Assembly (NCBI GenBank): GCA_036172245.1
Contig: JAYWIR010000051.1
Span: forward strand, 806,001 to 870,000
Length of the DNA: 64,000 bases
DNA from: Raillietiella orientalis
Taxonomy: Eukaryota
Reading direction: 5' to 3'
Shown here: piece by piece, positions 48,295 through 60,700 of the stretch
Position numbering within the stretch: position 1 is the first letter of the stretch
Layout of the letters: the number at the start of each line of letters is the position of its first letter
The notes under the pieces: model-generated
The model's database searches: none
Seen by the model: the letters and a program-made list of their open reading frames with translations, nothing else
Told to the model about the DNA's origin: nothing
Translations under genes and position numbers: made by a program

Positions 48295-49130
48295 GGAGGC
48301 CTTGTGGTTAAGGCTTCAGCGGGTGGCACCATGCGTCGCGGGTTCGAATACTCCGGCAGAAACTCTGACGCCACCGCGTCGTCAGGTTCCGAGTTTCTCC
48401 TGCAATGGCGCTGGTTGGCCGAGACATTCGGGCGTGGCACCGGAGGTGGATTAAGTCGGAGGCCTCCGATGAAGGCCGGAACAATGGGAAATCGACCTTG
48501 GGGTCTTCCCAGGAATAAAGGAGTGGGGAGTTCCCCCTCCAGTCGTACAACGGAGAGCGGACTCCCCCACCGGGGGACCCCTCCGGTTTCAAGATGGAGC
48601 AGAAGCCCTCACGGGCACCTCTCCAGTTGTTCAAAGGAGCGGACCCTCCCCGTTGCGGGGGGAACCCTCCGGGTCGCCGCCTCTACGAGAGTGCAAGGAA
48701 GCAAGCGAGAGCGATTCCCTGCGGGAAGCTGCAGCGCCCCTTCTGAGTTTCGGAAGCGTCCCTTCGGGGTTCTCTTCAGAGGAGTGAACAGGAGCGGTTC
48801 CCTTGCGGGTTCCCTCCGAAGAAGAAATTCCTACAAGCGGATCCTTTCCGGGCTCCCTTCGGGGAAGTTGAAATGAAGTTGAAATGGAGAGGACAGCCCC
48901 TCCCCATTGGTGGGGGGTGTCCCTCCGGAGAGAATGAGGAAGGAGATTCCCTTCGGGGTGCACCTTCGGAGCCAACCAGGGTGGGAGGTGCGATCCCCCC
49001 CGTCCGGGGGATCCCTCCCCAAGAGTGAGAGGAACGGACTCAGAGCCCTTCCTGGATTCATAGGGTGGACTCCCATCCCGGGGCGCCCCCTATCCTGAAG
49101 AATTACACCCCTCCCTGCGGGTTGCCGCGG
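48295..49130 (+). mobile_element. Near full-length tRNA-headed SINE-like element (~830 bp)
   Basis: GTGGTTAAGG (A-box-like, ~48304), GGTTCGAATAC (B box, 48341); body collinear with the other copies. Confidence 0.75.
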
Positions 49131-49149
49131 GCTGAGAGGCGTGGAAACA

Positions 49150-50450
49150 AAACAGTGTGTTTAAAAGAGCCACGTGAGACCGGCTCTGAGGTACTTAGCG
49201 AACCGGCGGTTCTCCGTGCGGCTCCGAGGTGACCCGGTGCGGGCAGGCGGGTGGATGGCAGCGCCAGGTCGGTTCGCTCCGTCCACGCGCGGGGATGCGG
49301 AGGGGCCGTGCGTCGGGAGGGGAGGGGGCGTGGATGCCGCGTGGTTACCGGGGCGAATGACTCTCCCAGCGATCTCCTTCCGAGGGGTGGGAAGGCCTGG
49401 ACCATTCTCACCCCACTTCCACCCTTCTTCCTTCGGCAGTTGGTGACTCCGAACGCTTGCCGGAGGGAATGACCACACCCGTACGGGATTGACCCTGAGG
49501 AAACAAGGGCAGCGCCGCTCCACGCCCTTCGTATTCGGCACTTCGCCCGGGCAGGGGATGACGGGAACGCTCCCGGGCCGAAGCTCCGCCGGGAGTAGAC
49601 GTCTCCTCGGGGCCTCTCCTCCAGGGAGCCTCGGAGAAGTGCTCTGCAGAGTCTTCCCGCTCGGGCGGGGGAAGTCATGGTGCGGAGGTCTTCGGTCACC
49701 TCCGACGGGGAGAGCGTGTGTGGCCTTCGGCTGTCGGGGAAGGGAAAGTCGGACCAGATGCCTCCAGGAAGGAACGGGGAGAGGAGTCCTTACCGTGATC
49801 TCATCCCTCCCAGGGGATGACCTCATGCTGCGGGCGCGGCTGAGAAGGAAGGCGTGGAAGGCAGATCTCGCGGTTGCCTTCCCGCTGGTCGCGTCTCCAC
49901 GACGACGGCGAGGGATGCGTCCTGGTCCAGCGAATCGGGCGCCTCTTCGCGGTAGCGTAGGGAGCCGGGCGCAGAGGGACGAGCGACGCCTCATTCCCAT
50001 GGCTCCTTCCCCGGTGCGGACACGGGCGCAGCTCGGTCTCCCGGAGAACCAGTCCCCTTCCGCATGTCCAGGGAGCCTTCCTCCGCCATCCCCCCCTCGC
50101 TCCGTTCCGCAAACCTCGCCTGCTGGGAGCGGAGGGGAAGCGCGGCCGCCCGGTCTCCAGGCAGGGGCGCGCGGTAACGTCTTCGGATTGCACGCGAGCC
50201 AGAGGCGCGTCTGGCATCCTTCGCCCCGCTTCCCGAGGGGTTGTCAAGAGCGGGGGCGGCCGCTGCTCGCGTCCCCTCTTTTTATCGAGGGGAGGGAGCG
50301 TCGTGGAGTCGACCCTCCCCCTCGCCAAGCCACGCCGCACGCGACGTGTCGCTTAGCCGCGCGTCCGCCCTCGCTCGGACGGGACGCACGCCGCTTCCCA
50401 GCGGCCCCGCGCGCTCTGTTGCGGAGAGGCTCTCCGTAGTGCGCGTGCGC
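49150..50450 (-). mobile_element. Decayed Penelope-like element (RT C-terminus + GIY-YIG)
   Basis: RPIRWTR..LPSQPRP; P.FL at ~49765; SGSIPYGCGHS (~VY.IPC.CG..Y); RAWTERTD (~HAW..H.ID). Confidence 0.5.
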
Positions 50451-50679
50451 ATTCGACTCAGAGAGGCGAGTGCGGAGATCCCGCCAACTGCGAACGCGTC
50501 TCAAGCGCGCGCGCGGGATCACGTGCGAAGAAGGGAACGCGTGCCGAGTCGGGCAGCGACGCTCGAATTCTCTAAAGGGGCTAAGGAAAGAGAGTAGGGT
50601 ATCCGAAGAGTCCGCTTTTCTCCCACTTCCATCCCTGGGCATCATTTCACGACGAGCGTAGGATGCCCAGCGGTGGTGC

Positions 50680-52500
50680 TACGAAGCGGTGACCTTGGAT
50701 TCACTCACTCCATTCAATCGAAAGACTCTTTGGGAGTGTCAGAGGCGGCGAAACGCTCCTGTAAGCTTCGATCCCAGCACCTGAGGGACCGTAAGCGTTC
50801 CTTTATGCTGATGGACTTCAGCCCTTTTGGACCGTGTCCTGTTCCTCGTGCCGCTGAGCAAGGAAGCGAGCAGCACGAGAACCGAGCTCCACTGTGGAGC
50901 CAGCACCTCCGGTCGCTGAAGGAAGAAGCACACGCAGCTCAGGTTTGCCAGGCGAAAGCACCGACAACCCCGGGTTCTCAACCTGAACCAGCAGCAGCGC
51001 TGGACGCTCGTGTTCTCGCGTCGCTCGGCGAGATCGATTCCCCAGTTTCCGAAGAAGGGGTCCACCCTTCTGAGTGGATGTAAATCACCGCGGGAAACTC
51101 GGCAGGAATGGCGAATGGAAACGGGAGTCTTCGTCACCCGACAGCACGACCACCAGCGATCCTCTCCAGTACGCGATGCCACTGGATGGTGTCACTGTTG
51201 TATCTTCAGAGAAAGCGAAAGATCTAGCCAGGATGCGTAAAGCCCTGGGACGAAAACACCGGCTTGGAAACTTGAATCAGAATGGTTTCCGAAATCCTTT
51301 TCATTTGCCCTGAAGAGTTCATCCGTAGCACAGATCACCCGTGTCAAGTCCCAAGGCGATTGTCTGGATTCAGTGAACATCCGCGAGAGCAAGCGTACAA
51401 TGGAAAAATCGCGGGAAAACGAAAGTCAAGTCCAGCAGCGGCTGTGGAAACCAGAAATCCGATAACGGCAGTTCCTGTTTCGGATTCTCAGGAATGCCCG
51501 AGCTCACGCAGAGGAACGGCATGTCTCTTGGACGGCGTTTCTCTTCGAATAGGCGCACTCGGCACCTCTTCGCAGAGCCATCTGCAGGCATTCGCTCAGA
51601 TGCTCAGGTGATTCTAGCGCTCCCTCACGTCCAATATCCTTTAAAGGAAACTGCAGATGCAGGATATACCCGAATAAAGGAGGATTGCAGCTTCCCCCGT
51701 AAGCCACCAATCGTGAGAATCTTCGAGGCAACTGCCGTAAATCCACACGAATGTAAGCCGGGCACGAAGTGCCCAGAAGAACGCTTTCACTCTGCAAGGC
51801 AGAAACACCGTTCAACGTCAGGCATCCTCGAAAGTATTCAAATTCCTGAGCTGTTGTAACGACTAAAGATAACCGAGAGACGCTGTACGAAGATGAAGAA
51901 ATGTGGAGGTGTAATGTTGCATCACTGAAGAACAGATGCAAGCAAATCAGATTCCTTTCACCAAGTGTTGGTCCAGTTTAAGAACACACGCAACCGAACT
52001 TTAGTCATCCGCTTTCCTTTGTGCTTGGCTGGAAGGAAGCAATCTTTGAAATCTGCATCACCAGGCACTCCAACGCATGGTGATTCTTTGCAGAAGATGC
52101 TGCAAAGAATCACCTTCACTAAGCTGTTTCATAAAAACACATTTGGATGTAGCAAGCTCCCAAGACATGCGTCCTTCCAACTTTTGGCGATGTATGGAAT
52201 TCATCATTTTCGGAGTTAGTTTGACACCGAAGTTAGCTTGACGTAAAGGTGGGTAACACCGTGTTCGCATGTCGGATGCAGCGGAAACTGGGGTTTCGGG
52301 TACATCCTTTCATGATGCTCGGCATCAGATCATTCACGACCTTTGCATCTCTGAAACGCCGGGTCATCTTATATGCGTCTCCACATGCAAGAACACGAGG
52401 TGGCTCAGAAGCAAGAGGTCGTTATGATATAAGACGGTCCCCTACCAAAGACTCCATCGCCGAAAGACAGACAACCGAATGAACACTCTCCATCTGAGGG
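50680..52500 (+). mobile_element. Decayed non-LTR retrotransposon with restriction-like endonuclease (R2/NeSL/R4-type)
   Basis: Ordered remnants: LMDF..F (~LDF.KAF), KKGSTLLS (~QG.PLS), YA..DGVTVVS..DL..M..LGNLN (~YADD..GL.LN), IYPNKGGLQLP (~Y.P..GGLG.P), CR..ET..RHQII (zinc knuckle + RH), E.P..GRYDI (~PD). Many stops and frameshifts. Confidence 0.5.
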
Positions 52501-53216
52501 AGTGCACGTTTTGAACCAGATGCTGGCCATGCTGGCACTTTTTTGAATGTAGCTTTTCCTTTAAGATTTAAGGAAAGAAACTCAGCATGCCCGTTGCATT
52601 TTTGTAAACTTATTCTCCACCGATCCAGAAGCATCCCGAAAACGATGGTACATCAACTGAACGTGATCAGAAAAATTTTTGAAGTAGAGAATTCTAGCCT
52701 TTTCATGCACACAATTCCAGTGAGCTATGAGCAAAGCAACCATGCATGTTGTTTTTTTCAAATAGTCATTTTTAGTGGGAAGTCCGTTGCTGATCAGATT
52801 CTTTAAAACTACTGCCAGCTGAGAAATTATGGTCACTGGTGTTAGGTGTTTATCACCAATGCTAACTAAATATATTTTTGCACACTGCCTGATTCATGTA
52901 TTACACTTCCTATATTATCAACGAAAACCGCAGCACAAAAGCAAGCACTTCCATCTCCTTACATTGTAGCTGTAATTCAGTTCCTCACACGAGGCTTGTT
53001 CTTTCATGCTTTACTGCTAGAATGGGAGTAGTGTGCTGATGAAGCATGACAATAACCTGAGTGACCAGCACACAGTGGCAAATAAACTAACTAACATTCA
53101 TCTCAAAATATATGTATGGTCTTCACAAGAAAAGTGGATTTTAAAACAAGAGAGTTCACTGGAAAGTGACACTGAAGGGGTGCCACTGCTGTGTATCTTG
53201 TCAAATAATTCATGAT

Positions 53217-54175
53217 TCAGAACTGGATAGCTTCAATCCCACTCATAATATCATCTTCAAAAGATTGCAGCTGGGCTTTTGTATTTTCCAAAACTTTTTG
53301 ACTCTCTGCCAGGTTCAGTGGCAGACCCTGATACTGATCCAGTAGCTGCTGTGTTTGTTGCACACTATCCTTCAGAACGTTGCGCTCTTTTATTTGTAAA
53401 AGCAGCTGTTGGTGCATAAGCCCAGGATCAACGTGCTGCTGCTCCCATTGAGCCTGCAATATGCACCTTCATCCTGCAACACTCTTATCCAGCCAACACT
53501 TACATTGAGCAACTGCACACGATCTTCGTATTCGGCTGCCTTCTTCTGCAAAAGTTTAGTTTTGGATTGATGAACCCGAACTTGAGCCTCATACTTGGAA
53601 GCATCCTGCAGCATCTGCTGATTATCCCTAAAAATCACATTGTTGCTGACTGCAGGACTGAGCCTGTGTATTTACTTCTCCAAGTTGCTGATGTGCTGCT
53701 GAAGCAGCTCATTGTTTGTCTGCGCCTCCTGGATATGCTGCTCCAACTCGCTCAGATTCTGGGCCATTTGAATACCATTCTCAGTGAGGCGGGCCCACTC
53801 CATCATAAAGGTCACCCGGTTGAGATCGTTCATACCCAAAACTGTGGCTACCTCAGCTGCCCTACCACTCAATCTTCTCTTTGGTCTCTACATACCCAAA
53901 GTATTGATCACATTTTGACAAGGTGGAGATAAGTCACTAGGTTGCAATCCCACTCTGGCAAGTAATGCTTGTAGAGATCTGGCTGAGGGGAGAGAGGCTG
54001 GTAATGGCGAAAACAAATGCAAACTCCAAAGCTCACTTCGATTTTCATAATCTTTCAGAGCACACTCCATATGTGCCATAATAACTTCGTTAGTAAGATA
54101 TTCATTTTGGTTATCAATCACATCAGAGTCCATGCCAACTTGTGCGTCTCGTGTCATGGAACTGAAGTCATCCAT
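53217..54175 (-). CDS. HAUS1: HAUS augmin-like complex subunit 1, ~255 aa, at least 5 exons
   Basis: Exons 54175-54037, 53982-53896, 53856-53676, 53627-53504, 53453-53217 (768 nt, in frame). LQALLARVGLQPSDLS..NTLAEVATVL (~LQDLLMESVNFSPANLS..NALVDSAVAL), LQKKAAEY, VDPGLMHQQL (~MDASLSHQSL), QYQGLPLNLAESQKVLENTKAQL (~SYLDLMPNPSLAQVKIEEAKREL). The true start may lie upstream. Confidence 0.82.
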
Positions 54176-55476
54176 GCAAATGCCTAACGTAAAATTCGAG
54201 GGTAAATTTACAACTTAGTATTTGATTCATGTTTTAAGATCCACATCGGGTTCAAAAGATACCAAAAAGCATCAAAAATTTTGTTAGAAATAGCTACTTT
54301 GGACAGATTCTAATGCTGTAGTTTGATGGCATTTTCAACTGAATGGGAAAAAAGTCATGCATCACAAAACAGTTATTCTATTACAAAAGAATATAGTAAC
54401 TGAATTATTGATTCAAACTACCGTCATCAGCGGTTGCCATTTCTTTTAATGCTTATTTTCAATTCTTAGCAACACATGTTGGAAGCAGAAAGTTTTCTGT
54501 TTACAGTATTTCTGTCTATACACTTCCTCAAAAATCTGAATAAAAACAATAAGCTCACATGGTGCTTATTGGTTCTTCAGTAAATATAGCAGAAATTTAC
54601 CAATTTCCTATGGTCTTCAAGAAAGGAGGTTTATTCATAATGCTTTGATCAATTTGGTCTTTAAGATCAACACAATTCTTAAAACTCACATGCTTCACAA
54701 AAAGGACATACATAATAAACATTCAACATTCTCAATAAAGCAATGAAAATGAACTTTGGATGTTATTTAACAACACAGTTTGCAAGGCGTTACAATATTA
54801 ATCAAGCTTTCAAGTAATTCTACTTGAAAAGCTGAATCCAAGACTGAAACACCTGAAATGTTCTAGCACGTGAATCTAAAATCAACGAATCACCCTTCTC
54901 TCTCTTATGCAAACAAAAAACATTTCGTTAAAAAAAGGGTGCACTGAAAAATCTAGCAAGGTTAGCAAACTCGATTCGACCATTCCAAATTTCGGTTACT
55001 ACCGTGTTGCTTGAGCTTTCCAAACGTTTATTTACACGAACTTCAACGCACCCAGCGTCAGGACAAAATCTGCCACAATGCAACTCGAAATCATTACCTA
55101 ACGGCTACTTACGTAACACTCCCGGGCAAACTTATTTTAAATGTGGGAATTCGTGCTAGGCTCCCGCGCATAAATGTGGACTTTTTTTTTTGTTTGTTTG
55201 TTTGTTTTTCGTTTTGCTGCACTCAAAGCCACATATTCTACAAGGGATCGGGATGAGCCCCGCGGAGCAGCAAATTCCGTTCACAGAACCACTGTACTCA
55301 CCAAAGTGCACACCGCCGGGAGAAACGCAAAACCTGAAATTTCTTGCCCCCCCCCCCGAAAAAAACTAGGGCAGCATAAATCGCGTTCAGGAACTGTTGC
55401 AGGCCAGATTCATCAGTAAGTTGGAATCATCATCATCCCATCTGGCAGCCCTTCCTCCCGCTTGTTGCGACTCAAC

Positions 55477-55515
55477 CCGCCGCCGCCGCCGCTGCTGCTG
55501 CTGCTGCTGCTGCTG
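55477..55515. repeat. Compound (CCG)n(CTG)n triplet repeat
   Basis: Read directly. Confidence 0.9.
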
Positions 55516-56249
55516 CACACGACGCGAAGAATTCCTCTCGGGCTGGTGAGGGACAAAAGCAAGATCGAGCTGATGAGGTGAGGGGGGGGGGGGGCTGCAC
55601 GAAAGAGAGAGCATTGCTCCATTCCGTACCTTTGTTTCCCGCAGTATACAGAAACAAGTAGTATTTCCGGCTGTGTACTGGAGGTGCACACGTGAACAAG
55701 CGAAGGAGAACAGAACATCCAAATGGAAACAGAACACCTTGCTTATTTCACCCTGGAGAGCACCAGATTAGGAAACCAGATTGGCTCGTTGCTTAATCTA
55801 GTATATAATAACTGATAATTGGTGGCTCATGATAACTGACAATCCCAGGCAAGTACAATGAATCACCTCCCCCCCCCTCCCTCCTTTCCTCGCTCTTCTA
55901 TGGGGCAAAACGTGCACGAAGACGATCTCCAAAGCATGACTTTCTTTTCGGAATGTTAATTTTAACAGTAATTCCCATTTTTCCCTAATTGCTTTCTAGA
56001 GTCCTGAAGTTTCGAAGCTGAGGACTGCTCCTTGGGCACCAAAGTGTTTTTTGCCTGGGAGGTTTGCTGAAACTGTAAGACGAAGAAATAAAAGCGACGC
56101 CGAACATCCGCTCTCGGCGTCGGCAAAGCTCAAATTCGGTCTTCCTGCTGCGAATCAAAAATATTCAAGAAAACAAATGTACAGTTTCTGAGCATCACGG
56201 AGGGAAAATGTCCCACACACTTCCACTCCAATAAAAATTTGCATTCCTA

Positions 56250-58400
56250 ATTAATGGATAATGCGATTGCATGCAATGTGTGCGGATCCTCATAGCCTGT
56301 ACCCCGTCACAACAGGTAAACGGATCCACATTTACAAACAGCAAAGGGTTGCCTACGTTCCCCTGGATACCGGGGTGCCTCGTGTTCGTGTCGGACACAG
56401 AAACGAAACGATGGCGGCTTCAGAACGAGAGGTGAATTCCTGGAAACGCAGAGGCGATCGCAATTGCCAGTTCTAAAACGGTCGGTCCCTGATTCCGTGC
56501 TCCGTGAGAATCCATGGAGAATTCTCGGAAGGAGCCTTTCTTCCAGCATCTCGTTTGCACGGTTGTGTAAACTGAGTGCAACTCGGCGCAATCAGTGATG
56601 GACACTTTGATGGCGGCGCGGAGCCGTTCCCTTAGCACAGTGTTCCCATTATATGAAGACGAAAGTGAATAGCAAGCAAAGGATCCTTCGAAATGAAATG
56701 ATTTCCTTCTCCTCCCTTTGAAAATAAGGAAGGGGTTTCGCAATCGAAGGGAGGATCGACCGCAACTCAAGGGGGGGGGGGGGGAAGTGATTCATACAAA
56801 GGGTTCTCGAGAAAGGGATAAAATCGTTGGTGCAGAGGAAGCCCTCAAACGCAAAAGAGCGGAAAAGCAAGAGAACGGGCCACGATAACTTGAAACTGGT
56901 GCTGAGGGCTGGGGGATCTGGAGGTGGAATCCAGGGAGGATGAGGTGAGCTTACCGGTTGCGTAGGGAGGAAGCGCTGGGAATTCGGCCTCGGTCGTTCG
57001 GAAGCCGGTTCGCGAAGCGGCGAGCTCGTTCCCGAAACAAGGACCGGGAAGGGATGGGAGCAGTCCGCGAGCCTCAGATCGGGTGGATCCAAAACTTTTC
57101 TTTCGAATCGCAGAGTTTCTTCGCGTGGCCACAACCGAGAAGACTGAATTATTGTGTCCATGGCAAGGTCTTCGTGAGGCGAACCACCATCCTTCTTGAG
57201 TTATTGTATGGAAAACACGCATAAGGACGACTCCCCCGTATCACTGACAAGTATTGATAGCCCGAGGGGTGATGATGATGACAGCATCCGATCTCTTAGG
57301 AGCTTCCTCGAGCGGTTTTTCATTCGATATCGCTTCGCGGGTTGGCGCCTTTCTTTGCTGGCAGCAAAAGTTGAGATCGTTTTGCGAATCTCATCAGGTC
57401 TGGATTTCTTTCTGCGCTTCCGTTTCCCGCGCGAGGAATTCTGGGAGTCTCGAAGGAACGCGGAGGGCACCTGAGCCAGAAGTGCCGTCAGATATTCAAA
57501 AATCCAAAGCAGACGAGCAAATAAAGGACGAGATGAGATCCTGGTGTCTGGGAGCCGTGTTTACCATTCGCGACGGATTCCAGCATCGCCCAACGACTCG
57601 GCGGAATGGACTGATAAGACGGGATAGGAGGAGGCAAACAAGTGAAGCTCGGAGCCGGTTGCCGAGCGGCGGATTGCATAAAAGCACGTAATGATGATGA
57701 CAGCAATAACCGTTATTGCGTGTGCGCAGATTAAACTGAGAATTCCATGGGGAGCTTCAGATCTTCTCAGTGGGCAGTCCGTGAAGAATGTCCTCTGTGA
57801 TCGACTGGGAGGAAAACGAAATGCAGGACAACAACAACAGTAAAAGAAGAAGAGGAGGAAGAGGAGAAAGAAGGAGGAGGAGACCAGACGGAAGAACAAT
57901 GGGAAGAAGTGCGAGAGTGCAAGCTGGGAGGCAACGAAAGAGGCCAGAGCTCGGAAGGGAAACACTGCCGTCGATCTGGATGCAGCCGCTTTGCATCCGG
58001 TCGGTGGCCGGTTGTCGGAAAGGAGTCCTGAAGCCTCATGCCTGAGGCGAAGGGGTGCTGCAGTCCCGCAGACGGTCGCAGAACCTCCGCTGCCGACGGG
58101 TGGGAGCTCCGCAGCTCAGGGGACTCGCTTTGACCCTGGGGCTGCATAGCTACGAGCTTCCGCCGCGCGCATCGAGTCTTGGTGACCTCGCTCATGGCTC
58201 TTCTCGTTCAGTTCTTCTGCTCTTCCTTCGTAGAGGGGGGAAGCAAGGAAGAGGAAGACCCTAACGAAGAGGGGAAGCTGTAGGACACTCTCGGTTCGGA
58301 GACCAGAAGGAGTTCGAATTGGTCATAGGGAAAGAGACGGGGTAATTCTTCCGCAGCTGCAACCTCCCAGAGGGTCGCTGCAGAAGCGGTGGTTTCTTGA
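56250..58400 (-). mobile_element. Decayed Penelope-like element (N-terminal region to GIY-YIG, internally deleted)
   Basis: KLLRDR..ILVSDTGESSL (~L..D..I.ILPADKG..V) at ~57300-57225; LPYF (~56730); SSYNGNTVLRERL (~SYIGET..LRERL) at ~56660-56620. Confidence 0.4.
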
Positions 58401-58434
58401 GGCACTTGATCTTGGACTTCAAGAACCTTCGTTC

Positions 58435-59150
58435 GTCTGGCAGCTCACCAAGCTCTTTGACACGTTCCACACCACCCGATGGTGCGCGCTGACTCTTCAG
58501 GTTAGGAGGTACCCCGGGAGGGGAGGACCACCCTATGAATACGGGAAGGGATCCGGAGGAAGGGAGTCTGTTCCTCTCATGCCTGAGGAGGGATCCCTGA
58601 TGGGAATCTCCACCCCGGTTGTCTCCGAAGGGAGCCGCGAAGGGAAATCTCCTCCCTTATTCTCAAAGAACTGTTGACTACCTTGCGGGGGCTTGTGAAG
58701 CTTTTTTACACCGTCCTGCGCACCCGGGGGTGCGTGCTCACTCCCAAAGTTAGAGGGTGTCCCGGGAGAAGGGACTACCATATGAATTCGGGAAGGAATC
58801 CGTTCCTCTCGCGCTGACCCATCACCCTGGTTGTCTCCAAAGGGACCCCGCGGAGGTGACCTCTTGTTTCTCCTCCAGTGGGAAGCCGCGAGGGAACCCT
58901 TCCTTGTCGATGCTCCTCTGAAGAGAACCCCGAAGGGAGCTTCCCTTTTTTTCTGAAAGGAGCAGCGTTGCTTCTTGGACACTCTGGAGAGGATCATTAA
59001 TGCACCAGCTCCATGGTACAAGACGGAGGGCCCCCCACTGAGGGGGAGGATGGTTCCGTTTGCATGACCAGAAGGGAGCCCCGAAGAGCTCCTCGATTTC
59101 CTGGAAGGACCCCGTAAATCCCAGGGTTCCTCACCCTTTCCGGGATTTCA
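58435..59150 (-). mobile_element. SINE-like family copy with a tandemly duplicated 3' module
   Basis: Reverse complement matches 48500-49110 and 7590-7790; module GGAGACAACC.GGGTG..GAGAGGAAC.GA..ATTCATA.GGT.GTCC..CGCACC occurs twice. Confidence 0.7.
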
Positions 59151-59379
59151 GAAGCAGCTCGGGGACTCGCATCGTGACCGCGGGAGCGGGGCAAGCGGGG
59201 TCGTGGACGCTGCCCTGTCTGCAAGGATCAAACTGCGGATTCTCCTGCCCCATGCGAGAGGGACGTTTCCTTCCTCCGTCAAAGGGAGTCCCTTCCTCCC
59301 CCACGGAGCTTCAGGTCGTTCGGTGGCTCACTGGGTGCCCGTGACGTCACTCCGGAACACCCTAGGCATCGATGGGGGC

Positions 59380-60700
59380 GGGGCAGCCCTTCCCTGAGGC
59401 GCGGGTTTGCCATGACGAAGCGGCGAGAGCTACCGGACCCCTGCCCGCTTCCCTTCCAGCCGGGCGTGCCCCGAAGGGCGGAGCCCACGGGGAGGAAAGC
59501 GTCTCCACCGTCCCGCCGCAGGAAGTGACAGGATCCCTTGCTGGACCGGCCGAGGGCCCTTCCGTCTTCAGGAGGAGAGCTCCCAAGAGCTTCCCGGCCG
59601 GACGAAGCGCCGCCCTCAGGCACCCGAAAGTGCGCCACTAGACCCGTGGGAAGGGTGGCGGTCGCTGCGCCGGAGGGTGGCCAGGGGTATGCCGAGCGTG
59701 GAGGGCGGTCGGAAGCGCGCCGCTGGGGCCGCGTCTCCCGCGTTCCTCCAGTGGGTGAGCCTCGTCCGGTCTGTGGCGCCCGCGCGACTGCAAGCGCGGC
59801 CGACCCGCCGGCTGTCGGTCCCGCCGGGAGCCACAGCTCTGGAGTAACGAAGAGGAACGCGGCCGACTACGCAGCCCCCCTCTCTCCCCCTCCACCCCCC
59901 TCAGACCCTGCTGGACCTCCCTCTCCTAAAAGGCGCCCCGCGTGCGGGGAAAAATCGAAGTCTCTTCCCTCCCCTACCCTCCCGCTACTCGATTGCTGGC
60001 ACCGAGGTGCCGGGACTCCCGCAGCGAGACCTTCCTGTGGAAATCCTGGGAGGGCCGCTGCTCTCTCCGGATGTGAGTAGAATGGCGAGATCCCTACGGG
60101 CATGAGCGGCGCGCGTCGACCGCGCCCTCCTCCGCCTCCTCTCTCTCTCTCTTTCCTGGTTGGCTCCCTCCGCGTCACTTCCCGAACCCTGGCGAACCCA
60201 GGAGTAGCGTTTTCCCGCGGTCCCCCCCCAGCCCTGCCCTCTCTTTCGGGATGCCCGCCCAGCCTCCCGCTCCTAGCCGCCATCTCCGTTCGTCCTCAGC
60301 GAACGCGCCGACACGCGTTCGCTCGGACGCGCCCGCGCTCCCTTCCTCTCCTCCTCCCCCCCTTCACATAAATCCTCGTGCGGGACGGTCCAGGGCGCCG
60401 GTTTATCTTCTCGCGGAGGTAATGCGTTTCCTGGATACGCGTCCGGACTGGCATGATTTATCTGTCCGGCGGAGCGGATCCGATCCTGCCGCGGGAGCGC
60501 TCCGGACCGAAAGCAGGGCGCTTCCGCGTGGACGCCATCTGCTTTCCCCGTTGCGCCAGCGGGAAGCAGATGGCGGGTCCACCTCGCAGCCGCCGCAAGA
60601 AGCAGGGAGGACACGCGTGCCTCCACTGCCGCCTCCTCCTCCATCTTACACGAGGATGCGACCGTAGGGCACCGCGCGGAGCAAGGGCGGAGACGTCCCT
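59380..60700 (-). mobile_element. Decayed Penelope-like element, 3' half
   Basis: INHAS..YPG..PPRED..P (~NHLNSIHP..FT.E.E); GGHPER; HRPDEAHPLEER..TALHARHTPGHP (~IGQT.R.LEER..SA.A.HA..TGH). Confidence 0.4.

Noticed and set aside
39861..50439. Many long ORFs (e.g. 333, 367, 373, 327, 316 aa) in the GC-rich block
   Set aside because: They are Arg/Pro/Gly/Ala-rich, overlap in all six frames and cross microsatellites. They are explained by stop-codon scarcity at high GC and by decayed transposons.
56018..56048. CTGAGGA-C-TGCTC-CTT-GGGCA-CCAAA hammerhead-like motif
   Set aside because: GAAA is missing and it lies on the strand opposite the adjacent Penelope remnant; too weak to call.
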